From positions 186,001 to 250,000 of the IMG/VR virus record IMGVR_UViG_3300025121_000282: DNA of 64,000 nt; one strand, 5' to 3'. The translations under genes and the position numbers were made by a program. Under the pieces are notes generated by a model, which was given only the letters and a program-made list of their open reading frames with translations, did not search any database and was not told the DNA's origin. Positions 43,168 to 53,100 of the stretch are shown in pieces (positions within the stretch are counted from its first letter, which is position 1; each line of letters starts with the position of its first letter).

Positions 43168-44436
43168 ATGATTGATAGATACTCTTATCCAGAAATGGTT
43201 AAGGTGTGGTCGGATGAGCATAAATACGACCTATGGTTTCAACTAGAAACTAAGGTATGCAGGGCCATGGAAAAGCTAGGAACTGTTCCACCTGGAACTG
43301 CGTCTGCCATAGAGAGTAACACTAAAATAAATATAAAAAGAATTTTAGAACTAGAGTCTATAGTGAGGCACGACGTCATAGCATTTTTAAGCCACATAGA
43401 AGAACAAAACGCAGACCATTCCCGTTGGTTGCATTTAGGGCTTACGAGTTCAGACATTACTGACACAACATTCTCAATTTTATTGGACGAGGCACTGTCT
43501 TTAATTGAAGGTCAGGTGTGTGAGCTATTGGACGTAATCAGGGAATTGGCTTATAAGCATAAATTTACTATGGTTATTGGACGAAGCCACGGGATGCACG
43601 CAGAACCAACAACATTCGGACTTATAATGGCTTCTTTTTATTCTGAATTTAAAAGAAATCAGGCAAGACTAAATCAGGCAAAAGAGGGTATAAACGTATG
43701 TAAGTTCAGTGGCCCTGTTGGCAACTTTTCCAGTATAGACCCGCTAGTAGAAGTTGAAATAAGTCTCAGGTCTGGAATGAGCCCAGAGCCGGCTGCATCC
43801 CAGATTATAAATAGAGATAGACACGCTTATTATTTTAGTGTACTTGCTTTAGTTGGTACAAGCATTGAGAGACTCGCTTTACAAATAAGACATTGGCAGA
43901 GAAGTGAAGTAGGGGAGGTAGAGGAACCTTTTTCGCCTCGTCAAAAGGGTTCCTCGGCAATGCCACACAAACACAACCCTATTATTTCTGAGAACCTGAC
44001 TGGACTAGCTAGAATGCTCAGAGGGTATGCCCAATCGGCCATGGAAAATGTAGCCCTGTGGCACGAAAGAGACATCAGTCACTCTAGTGTAGAAAGATTT
44101 ATTGGGCCAGACTCAACGTCTATTTTGTATTATATGCTGAAAAAGACTGTGTTTTTATTAAAAAATATGAGAGTAAACTCTGCCAAAATGGCGGAGAATT
44201 TGAATAAGTCTATGGACTACATCCACAGCCAAAAGTTGTTACTCGCACTTACAACAGGTGGAACACCAAGACAAGAGGCGTACACCCACATACAAAACGC
44301 CCTGAAGTCTGGGGAGAGCCTGGAAGAATGGTCTAAACGACAAATTGCAACCAGTGTGTTGGTTGATAAAGTATTCAATGGGCACCAAGACTACACCAAG
44401 CACGTGGACTACATCTTTGAACGTACATTTGTGTAA
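43168..44436 (+). CDS. purB: adenylosuccinate lyase
   Basis: MIDRY...W, HDVIAF, GLTSSD, GRSHGMHAEPTTFG, signature GSSAMPHKHNP, LWHERDISHSSVER. Confidence 0.97.
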   Translation: MIDRYSYPEMVKVWSDEHKYDLWFQLETKVCRAMEKLGTVPPGTASAIESNTKINIKRILELESIVRHDVIAFLSHIEEQNADHSRWLHLGLTSSDITDTTFSILLDEALSLIEGQVCELLDVIRELAYKHKFTMVIGRSHGMHAEPTTFGLIMASFYSEFKRNQARLNQAKEGINVCKFSGPVGNFSSIDPLVEVEISLRSGMSPEPAASQIINRDRHAYYFSVLALVGTSIERLALQIRHWQRSEVGEVEEPFSPRQKGSSAMPHKHNPIISENLTGLARMLRGYAQSAMENVALWHERDISHSSVERFIGPDSTSILYYMLKKTVFLLKNMRVNSAKMAENLNKSMDYIHSQKLLLALTTGGTPRQEAYTHIQNALKSGESLEEWSKRQIATSVLVDKVFNGHQDYTKHVDYIFERTFV

Positions 44437-44457
44437 AGTATTGGTACCAGGAAACAA

Positions 44458-45159
44458 ATGATAAAAAACACCACCATTACTACAACTGGAAGAATGATGA
44501 ACCTGGAAACAGGCTCTGAGATTTCGGTTGTAGACTTTGTGTCGTTATTTACCCAGCGTAGGTTTAGTACTGTTTCAGTACCGTGTGCCATTGACATCTC
44601 TACCCACCTCATAATTTGTGGAATGGTAGGGGCCAGATATTACAGATGGTTTAAAGACAGAGTGGACCCATGCCCGAGGCATGACTTTGTACTGGCGTGT
44701 TACCAGCATGACTTGCCGGAAACATTTTTAAGTGACATAGTTGTTCCGGTTAAAAATGTTGTTGGAAGAGAAGTAATAAATAAGATAGAAGATACTGCCT
44801 ACGCCGGTATCATGGGTTGGGCTTATGGCGAGGACACTCCCGTCGACCCACCACACGAAGCCCTAAAAGATGCAGACACCCTGGCCATGATAGCAGAGTT
44901 GTCGTGGTATCTAGAGTGCTGGCCTAGGCATAAAGGCTTAAGGACAGTACTGGTTCAGTCCTATGATTATCTTTCCAGACGGAATTTGATACCATTCATA
45001 CTCTCCAAAGAGGGTATGTTCATTAGAAACCCGATAGTTATGCATTATTTTTATTCTATGGACGCCAATTGTCTCAGAGACTTGGGGATATCCAATTATG
45101 ATGTTCCCAACGAAACATACTTCGATGAATGTGCATTTGAATCAAAGGACACCAAATAA
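44458..45159 (+). CDS. HD-domain nucleotide phosphohydrolase (YfbR/DatZ-like)
   Basis: RRF...H...HDLPETFLSDI..PVK...DADT. Confidence 0.75.
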   Translation: MIKNTTITTTGRMMNLETGSEISVVDFVSLFTQRRFSTVSVPCAIDISTHLIICGMVGARYYRWFKDRVDPCPRHDFVLACYQHDLPETFLSDIVVPVKNVVGREVINKIEDTAYAGIMGWAYGEDTPVDPPHEALKDADTLAMIAELSWYLECWPRHKGLRTVLVQSYDYLSRRNLIPFILSKEGMFIRNPIVMHYFYSMDANCLRDLGISNYDVPNETYFDECAFESKDTK

Positions 45160-46785
45160 ATGGACCAAACTAAAACCATAACCCACGGCACCATTGTTCG
45201 CAAGAAAATGGTACGAGGGGCTCAGATCTTAGCCAGAACTGTGGGAGTCACACTTGGCCCCAAGGGTAGAAATGTCATGATTGACCGGGCCATGCTCGGT
45301 CCTGTAATAACCAAGGATGGTGTCACAGTAGCGAAAGAGGTGATGCTCTCTGACCCGTTAGAGGACATGGGTGCCACTATCGTGCGTCAGGCGTCGGAAA
45401 AGACCTCCGACGACGCAGGAGACGGCACGACGACGGCTACTGTAATAGCGGGCAGGCTGATTACTGAGGCAAACAAACTGGTAGAGAGCGGGATGTCGCC
45501 TATAAACTTGCACAAAGGCATGCTTATAGCACAAAGATACATAACTGACCAGATTGGCCAAACTGCCACAAAAATATCCTCTGTTGAAGAAATAAAGGCA
45601 GTTGCTACACTGTCAGCCAATGGCGACACTACTATAGGTGACACAGTTTCTGAAGCCATGGACGCCGTTGGTAAAGACGGTGTCATAATGGTCGAAGAGT
45701 CCAACACCGTAAAAGATGTGCTTGAACTTATTGAGGGAGCCCGGTACGAAAAAGGCTGGAAGGACCAAGCCTTTGGCGGTATTTCGGGCACAGCAACACT
45801 GGAAAATCCGTATGTCTTAATTATAGGCGAAAGAGTAGAAGCAATCAATGCTTTTGTAGACACTATTCATTTTATTTTGGAGTCTGGCAGGCCCTTGTTG
45901 TTCATTGCAAATGATATAGCGTTGGACGCCTTGTCCACGTTTATCCTTAACCACAAAAAAGAACAACTCATTTGTTGTTGTGTTCCTGGTCCCTCATTTG
46001 GTCAGAAAATGAGGGATATGATGGAGGACTTGGCTATTTTTACTGGTGCAACGCTTATTGCAACAAATAAGGGCATCAAACCGTCCGACATCAAACCGGA
46101 ACACCTAGGAACATGCGACAAAGCCGTAATAAATAAAACTCACACTACTATATTTGGTGGTAAGGGTTCGAATGAGAACATTACGGCCAGAATCACATCG
46201 CTGCGCTCTCAAAGGGACAGTGCACTATCTCTTTTTGACAAAGACAGGTATCAAGAGAGAATCGGTATGCTGTCTGGCGGTATTGGTGTGATAAAGATAG
46301 GGGAAATGACAGAAGCAGCCCTGAGAGAGCGGAAGGCCCGTGTAGAGGACGCAATTGGGGCCACAAGGTCTGCCATAAAGCATGGCGTAGTAGCTGGTGG
46401 TGGCTCAATTTTGGCTAAAATCTCCGCAAGCATGGGTGACTTGGATGACTATGGGGAACATGACGTAGAAGAGTGTGCCGGGTGGAATGCTGTAAGAACA
46501 GCAATACAAGAACCTATACGACTCATCGCTAAAAATTGCGGAGTAAATGCAGATACTGTTTATAGGGTAGTGTCTAGCTCTGTAGACCCCAAATTTGGTT
46601 GGAACGCATCAACAGAGGAATACGGGGACTTGTTTATCGACGGGGTTATTGACCCATCAGCTGTAACTCAAAATGTTGTGGTTAATGCCATTTCTGCTGT
46701 CCATGGGATTTTGACATCTGAATGCGCTATTGTGTACACCCAGTATGTTAAAGATCAGGACTTGTCCGGAGGGCTCCATGTCTGA
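45160..46785 (+). CDS. groEL: phage chaperonin GroEL
   Basis: TLGPKGRNV, TKDGVTVAKE, AGDGTTTATV, LSGGIGVIKIG, RVEDAIGATR..GVVAGGG; no GGM tail. Confidence 0.97.
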   Translation: MDQTKTITHGTIVRKKMVRGAQILARTVGVTLGPKGRNVMIDRAMLGPVITKDGVTVAKEVMLSDPLEDMGATIVRQASEKTSDDAGDGTTTATVIAGRLITEANKLVESGMSPINLHKGMLIAQRYITDQIGQTATKISSVEEIKAVATLSANGDTTIGDTVSEAMDAVGKDGVIMVEESNTVKDVLELIEGARYEKGWKDQAFGGISGTATLENPYVLIIGERVEAINAFVDTIHFILESGRPLLFIANDIALDALSTFILNHKKEQLICCCVPGPSFGQKMRDMMEDLAIFTGATLIATNKGIKPSDIKPEHLGTCDKAVINKTHTTIFGGKGSNENITARITSLRSQRDSALSLFDKDRYQERIGMLSGGIGVIKIGEMTEAALRERKARVEDAIGATRSAIKHGVVAGGGSILAKISASMGDLDDYGEHDVEECAGWNAVRTAIQEPIRLIAKNCGVNADTVYRVVSSSVDPKFGWNASTEEYGDLFIDGVIDPSAVTQNVVVNAISAVHGILTSECAIVYTQYVKDQDLSGGLHV

Positions 46786-47080
46786 GGTAAACACTGACAA
46801 AATACCGCAGGACTTAGTATCCTCCGGATACTTACAGGAAGCGAACAGACAGTTTTTCCACCTGCTAGGGCTAGCTTTAGGTGTGGTGGAAGAGGACGAT
46901 GGGTCGATTTCCAAACTATTTATTTTAGACTACAGAGACGACCCTGAGGGTATGGCATTTGATGATGCGTTTATTTCTAGTGACGACGCAAAGAAAAAAG
47001 CGGGTCACATTAAATTTGAATTGGCACGAAAGTCAGTGGTAAGACTTAAAAATTTGGGGTATGTAGTACAACCAGTTTAG
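46778..47080 (+). CDS. conserved-looking phage hypothetical protein (GYLQEANRQFFHLLGLAL...DYRDDPEG)
   Basis: ATG overlapping the groEL end. Confidence 0.75.
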   Translation: MSEVNTDKIPQDLVSSGYLQEANRQFFHLLGLALGVVEEDDGSISKLFILDYRDDPEGMAFDDAFISSDDAKKKAGHIKFELARKSVVRLKNLGYVVQPV

Positions 47081-47385
47081 TTTATCTGTTCTGGGTCAAT
47101 ATAAATCAGTATTCTCCTAACTTCAAAACTACTTCTTAACTCGATGTCGAGACTATTCAAATAGTCCCGTGCCGACTCCACGTCAGAGAACACACCAAAT
47201 TCAGGCATAAATCTGGCACTTATGATTTGTTCGGGTGTTATACCCATACCTAACAGAGACTTACATAATTTGGGAACCCCAGAGCGATGTTTTTGTACCA
47301 CAATCCACCGCTCGTCACCTGGGTCATTGTCATGAAATGGGTCATTGACCATGTGCTCTCCTGTTGCAATACACTGTACATCCAC
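47077..47385 (-). CDS. hypothetical protein, start uncertain
   Basis: 102 aa ORF converging on the 46778 gene. Confidence 0.55.
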   Translation of the reverse strand: MDVQCIATGEHMVNDPFHDNDPGDERWIVVQKHRSGVPKLCKSLLGMGITPEQIISARFMPEFGVFSDVESARDYLNSLDIELRSSFEVRRILIYIDPEQIN

Positions 47386-47882
47386 TAGAAAGTAATCCTA
47401 ACGTGTACATTTACAACAAAATAGTACTCGGTGTTGCAGTAACAAAGGACCAGTTCTTCGTTAAGTCAGGTCGCAAACTGCAGTGTGGGCATTTAGTTGT
47501 TCTACCCATTAAGAAATTTTGCGCTGAGTGTGGCAAATCAGCTAAGTTGAAAGAAACCTTTGTCCCCACAGAGAACTTTGCTGACTGGTGTAGAAAAAGT
47601 GGTATTTCACTTTCTAAGGCTTGGCTTCCGGACGAAACCATTCCCGGTCAACTGGCGGCATTTCAGGTAAACCCCATTTACGACATAGAGTGTAAGGGTG
47701 AAGGTCAAATAGCATTTGGTTTTTGCATGTACTTTTGCACTGGAAGCGACGAGGGGTGCAGGGTAAACTTTGACCTGTTAGGTGCCATCCATGAGTATAA
47801 GGTTAAGTTGTTTTTGGCGCTAACTGAATTGGGACTGTCTGGAGAACCAGTGCTATACCCAACTGTCATGGCATCATACTAA
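47364..47882 (+). CDS. hypothetical protein (CGH...CAECG), start uncertain
   Basis: 172 aa ORF. Confidence 0.6.
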   Translation: MQYTVHPLESNPNVYIYNKIVLGVAVTKDQFFVKSGRKLQCGHLVVLPIKKFCAECGKSAKLKETFVPTENFADWCRKSGISLSKAWLPDETIPGQLAAFQVNPIYDIECKGEGQIAFGFCMYFCTGSDEGCRVNFDLLGAIHEYKVKLFLALTELGLSGEPVLYPTVMASY

Positions 47883-47896
47883 GAGGCTCCAAGTTA

Positions 47897-48436
47897 ATGA
47901 GACTAAATGCCCGCCTAGAAGAGATTCGGGTTCACCTCGGTCATTGTCTTAACAAGGACTCGCAAAGAGTGTGCGATATAGACGCCGCCAAGGCTATACT
48001 GGGTAGTATGGGTGGTTCAGACCTGGATGCTGATTGGGAAGAACGGGTATGTAGAGAAGAGGCAGAACGACTCATCAGCACGGCTGAGAATTCAAAAATT
48101 CCATTTTCTAAGTGGGTGTGGCTAGACGACCCTACTCTATGGGACTTAACCGATAGGCCGGGTTTCCCATTTGGCTGTTTAAATGAAGATGGGATGATGA
48201 CGGACGAAGAAGAAGCTGAATTTGAGGCCTATACCCAGAGGATAAAACAGCTTGAATCCCTGACATTTAAGGGAAGTGTACACTGCGTTCCTGGAGTTGT
48301 AATAAAGTTGTACGATGGCACAGAACACGTGTTGGGCGGACGTTTGCCTGACCTATATGTGGACACCGACTGGTGGACCACAGAGATTTTGGTCATTGCA
48401 TACATACCGTCCCCATTTTATAGTCAGTCTGTGTGA
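47897..48436 (+). CDS. hypothetical protein
   Basis: GAGG RBS; 179 aa. Confidence 0.7.
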   Translation: MRLNARLEEIRVHLGHCLNKDSQRVCDIDAAKAILGSMGGSDLDADWEERVCREEAERLISTAENSKIPFSKWVWLDDPTLWDLTDRPGFPFGCLNEDGMMTDEEEAEFEAYTQRIKQLESLTFKGSVHCVPGVVIKLYDGTEHVLGGRLPDLYVDTDWWTTEILVIAYIPSPFYSQSV

Positions 48437-48440
48437 TGGC

Positions 48441-48698
48441 TTACTGACAGCTTTCTATCTTATCACAAGACAAAATAGAAGAAACACACTTGGGCTTTAA
48501 GTTGTGCCCATTAGTCAAAGACTGCCGACAAAATACTTCACAAGTAGTGCCGTCCTCCAGTGGTTTCCCTTCCTCGCACCCTAATTTTACTAAATTTTGA
48601 CACGCAAGCGGACAGTCTTCTGCTCCACCCACTTCTTGCACTACATATGCTGGAACACAACCTGGAATAAATAAGAAAACTGCTGAAAGCATCTTCAT
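48441..48698 (-). CDS. Cys-rich lipoprotein
   Basis: MKMLSAVFLFIPGC lipobox-like signal; 8 further Cys; ATGA coupling to the C1 peptidase. Confidence 0.75.
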   Translation of the reverse strand: MKMLSAVFLFIPGCVPAYVVQEVGGAEDCPLACQNLVKLGCEEGKPLEDGTTCEVFCRQSLTNGHNLKPKCVSSILSCDKIESCQ

Positions 48699-49492
48699 TT
48701 TTTGTTTCCTAGTGCAAAGGGGTCCCAAGGAGCCGAAACTACAAAGGGGTCGTCTGTTAGGGTAAAGTCCGCAATCACATCCGGGTCCATAAAATAGTAT
48801 CCGTCGTACCCCCACTTGGTGCCCCAGGAATTTTCTCCTATAAAGTTCGTCCCATCCCACCCCACCAAAACTGTAATATGTCCACCTTCAGTAGTGCTCG
48901 GCTTTCCAATTACCATGTCCGGTTTTTTACCATAACCGTCCCAGTTGTTGCCAATTAAGGTTCCCACTACAACAGGGCAATTGTTGCGCAGGGCTTTAAT
49001 GCATGCATCCACCCTGTAAGACCCAATTCCTCGAATTCTATAGTATGAATCAATTTTGTTTACATAGGCTCTGCGCATGGCTGCCCACGATGGGGCAACT
49101 GAGACCTTACTTAAATCAAATGGCCACACTACATCTTCGCATACACCAAATCTTTTTAAGGCGTCACATGCTGCACTGATGGTAGTCCCGTTGTCAACCC
49201 TGCCACCATCAGGTCCACCTCTCAATTCTCTGGCTAGGTAATACAAAGCTAACACAGACAGGTCTATGTGCTTTGATTTTCCATACGTAAGTATTCTTTT
49301 AATTTCCAGGGCTTTAATTACGCCCTGAGCTACACAACTGTTTGACCCTTTTTGGTTGTGTCTGGGCGATGAATAGTCCCTTAGGTCCACCGTCCCCGCA
49401 CCTGAAGTGCCAAGCATGGGAGACAGTCTGTCCTCAAATGACCAATCACCCGGATGCTCACCCTCCCCGGAATAGCCGTACTTAATTACCAC
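48695..49492 (-). CDS. C1 (papain-family) cysteine peptidase
   Basis: VDLR, NQKGSNSCVA (Q...C), GGHITVLVGW, ENSWGTKWGYDGY. Confidence 0.92.
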   Translation of the reverse strand: MVIKYGYSGEGEHPGDWSFEDRLSPMLGTSGAGTVDLRDYSSPRHNQKGSNSCVAQGVIKALEIKRILTYGKSKHIDLSVLALYYLARELRGGPDGGRVDNGTTISAACDALKRFGVCEDVVWPFDLSKVSVAPSWAAMRRAYVNKIDSYYRIRGIGSYRVDACIKALRNNCPVVVGTLIGNNWDGYGKKPDMVIGKPSTTEGGHITVLVGWDGTNFIGENSWGTKWGYDGYYFMDPDVIADFTLTDDPFVVSAPWDPFALGNKK

Positions 49493-50121
49493 ACTATCCT
49501 CCAGGTCAAAGAGTATGTGGCACCCGATGGCTTATTTATTACTTTCATAGTTTTATAGTTGATTAAAATATCTACACCCTCTTGGGATGCATCCCCGCCT
49601 GCTGTAACTATACTGATGCCAGCATCTGGGCCAGAGGGGGCGTTTCCGCCCACTATTCCCATTTCTACCCACGGCCCCACGGCTTCGGCTTCGGCAAATG
49701 TAGTAGTAAAGTCCACTATGTTGGATGGGGCAGCTTGTTCATCCCCATTTTCATCTCTAAACGAAGTTCCAGAAAATGTTTTTCTGAAAAATTCAGCAAC
49801 AAGAGCGCGCTGAGTCGATGTTGGTGCTGGCGGATCCTGTTTATCCCAAGCTGGGTCTCCTGACCCTACCGCTAGAGCAACAGCCCCACCGCCCGGCCCA
49901 CCTGAGTTTTTCATAAGCCAAGCTATAAGAATAGAGTGGTCGCCAGTGATTACATTTGCAGCCGAGTATACCTCTGTCCAATTACCATCGGGGCCCATCT
50001 CTTTAATTGAAATGTGGCCTGATGGCTTCCTTGAGTAAGTTTCTTTGTGTATCCACTTGGAAACAGACTTAACTGAGGTTTCGTCGTTTAGTCTATTTTT
50101 CCTGTACTTTGAGGTTATCAC
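49486..50121 (-). CDS. baseplate/tail-fiber attachment protein
   Basis: N-I...AVGSG...L.AEFFRK...FAEAEAVG..EMG...K.....TWRI pattern; last structural gene of the operon. Confidence 0.65.
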   Translation of the reverse strand: MITSKYRKNRLNDETSVKSVSKWIHKETYSRKPSGHISIKEMGPDGNWTEVYSAANVITGDHSILIAWLMKNSGGPGGGAVALAVGSGDPAWDKQDPPAPTSTQRALVAEFFRKTFSGTSFRDENGDEQAAPSNIVDFTTTFAEAEAVGPWVEMGIVGGNAPSGPDAGISIVTAGGDASQEGVDILINYKTMKVINKPSGATYSLTWRIVW

Positions 50122-50136
50122 GTTGTCACCCTTAGT

Positions 50137-53100
50137 TTATGAAATGTACCCGATCAGGTCAACAGTTTCAGACACAGCTGCGGGACTACTAAACCTAAAA
50201 CTTGTGTTAAAAAGTGAACCTGGGCTTACTTCGGTATACCCACCGGGGTTGTCTAGCCCATCTTGAGGCTGGTTGTTAAACACAGATTCATCTACACTAA
50301 ACAGTCTAAATGATACAAAGGACACAAATGACTCACTTATGTCTTTTGTTACAGCATCCTCAAATAACAAGTCCAAAACATGTTTCACAAAATTTTTTAC
50401 AGGTCCAAATGCACCCGCATTAAAAGTACCAACACTATTAAACAGCATGTATTCCGAGTCGTAACCCTGGGTTGGAAATACATACGTGTCTGTCTGTACG
50501 GGGTTGTCTACGCTTAAACTAATAATCCCAAAATAGTCTGATGCTGGAAACAAAACATTTTCCAGTTTCCCATCTGACGTATGGTAATGGTCTACGTCCA
50601 GGTATAGGGCACTACTCGGGAAAGAATGTATCAGTATTTTATTTGCACTTATTTCCAAGTATTGTTTGCTGCTAGTTTTGTTGAATGCATAATCAAGATC
50701 AAGATCCAATTCCTCCAGTGTAACGCCACCAGATTGTGAAACTGGGACAATTGGGAACCGTCCATTTAGAACCGTCCATGTATCCATACTAGTAGACATG
50801 GAAGCCAAAAATTCATCGCTAACCGGATGGGTGTGTGCAGTTTTAGTGTACAAATGACTAGGGTCAGGTTGGATGTTGAAAGAATTCAGTACATTTTTCC
50901 CTGGGGATTCCTCAGAGTCAAATCCAGGGTGTAGCAGATACCTTAAAGATTTCACATCCAATATCAACACATTCTCGGTGTCGTAGGAACCTAGCCCAAC
51001 GCTGACACGACTGGAGTCTATGAATAGGTTGTTTAAATAGAAATCCCCATTTTCCCATTCAACCAAGCCGCCGTTTACGTGTAGTGTGGCGACCTCAAAA
51101 TCCATACCTATTTTAAACAAAATGTCACCAATAGAGTTTATCTCATTTAACGCCCATAAGATTTCAGAGTCTCCTGTTTTAATCCCCGGTATAACAGTAC
51201 TGGGTGGTGTGGGGACCACTGTTATTCTACTTAAGTTAACAGTGATACCCTCGCTATTGGTTGTACCATCACACCCCACCTGGATGTACTCGCCATTTGA
51301 GACTGATGAGACTTGCGTTGTACACGCAGTGCTGCCGTCTATTTGGACCAGGATGTCATTATTGTCTTTAAAAATTACGTCATAGGTGTGCTGCAGACTC
51401 CAGTCTACAGCGTACTCACCAACCAGTATTACGTCCTGAACGTATACCTGTATTTTTTTCCCATTGTCGTATACAAATTTTACTCTTAGTGTTTCTAGTG
51501 CATTGGATATGACAAAGTACACATTCGGACTGGTACTCACGTCGTTTATACTTAGACAGAATGAGACCACTTCAGTCCAGGCAGGGTTCCAGGTAGCCAT
51601 GGTATACCCAAAACTTGACCCGGATGGTGTGTACACACTCTGTGACTCATTTTCTAAGTTGGATATTATGCCGCCCCCAAAAGTTTGTAAAGTACATCCT
51701 ACGTCTTCCAGTAGAGAGTCTCCTACCCATCCCCACTTAGTGTTCACTTCCTCTAGACGCACAAGTTTTAAAAACAAGTCTACGCTGTACAAACCATTGG
51801 AAATGTGCGCTACCTGAAATTGAGTTTCAGACGATGCAATAACACCAATTTGAGTCTCTACTACTACAACCCCACACCCAATTTCTGTACGAGTAAAGTG
51901 ATACGGTGATGACAGCCCTGTGTCACCATATGAATAAATCCTGGATGTTTCGTCTGAGTTTGACTCGACACCCCATGTATTCGATTCGGCCCAGTCATCA
52001 CTTAAAGTAGTTGTGGGGTCCCATAGGTATTTTTTAAATCTGACAGGAGTTCTAATGCCTTCAGGCTTGGTGTAGGCCCTTACAAATTGCCACTCAGACA
52101 CTCCGTTGGCTACATAATCAAATGACCCAAACATTACACATGGGGTGGTGTGCTGTTTGGTGTAATTAAGTTCTGATACTTTTGGGAGACCACTCCACAA
52201 AAGAGTCGCTACCAACATTTCGTCCACATACAACGACACACTCTCTTCGTAATCCCAAGATAGCCTATACGTGTGAAAAGTAGACGTGTCTACTTCCAAT
52301 CCGTTGTGTGTCCACGATCCTTCTGACAGTTCGTCCCCGGTAGTCAGTAATGCGGGCAGTTCTCTTATGTTGCAGACAGCAGCTTTTATCCCGTTTGTAA
52401 CTATTACAGAAAACCCAGAGAATGCCCCATTACTCGCCACATTTGTGAGTTTAATTCTAAATACTACACTGGTGGAGAAATCTTGGTCAGGCAATGGCGC
52501 GGACCAGTATCTATTTGACAATGGAGTGCTGGTTAGAGTTAGTGCCCCATTGCCTACTGTAATCAGTCCCCCACTACCTCCGTCAGTCCACGGACTCGAT
52601 GGTAGAGCATCCCCTTCATATTGTATTACACTGTGCTCGGGAGCGTCCCACAAAGAGGACGGGTCCTCTTTGGAACGCATATTTAGCAAGAGTGACGTTG
52701 GGTCATTTAATACTGCAGAATTCTCTTTGCACACCATATGGTATGCATGGTACACCTCTTCCGGTTCCTCTACAGAACCAGTGTGCACTACACCAAAATC
52801 CTCTTCTGTGTCGGTCACGTCTATTAGATGGTTGGGATACCCCGACCCATTTAAAGAATTTAACACAAAATTTGGGTCGTTTAGCCTAGCAAAAGGTATG
52901 TTTGTGTATTGTACCCAGTAGTATGACACCAAAATTTCTGCGTTTATAGGTGGTGCATCTGATAACACTATACCAGGGACGGTGGGGTACACATCAGACA
53001 CTTCCACTTCGTCACCGTTGACAGTTACTATAACATCTGCAGATTGAGCTAACTGTGTACCCGCAGAATTCGTAAGTATGCGGCCCCTAGGGGTTATTGT

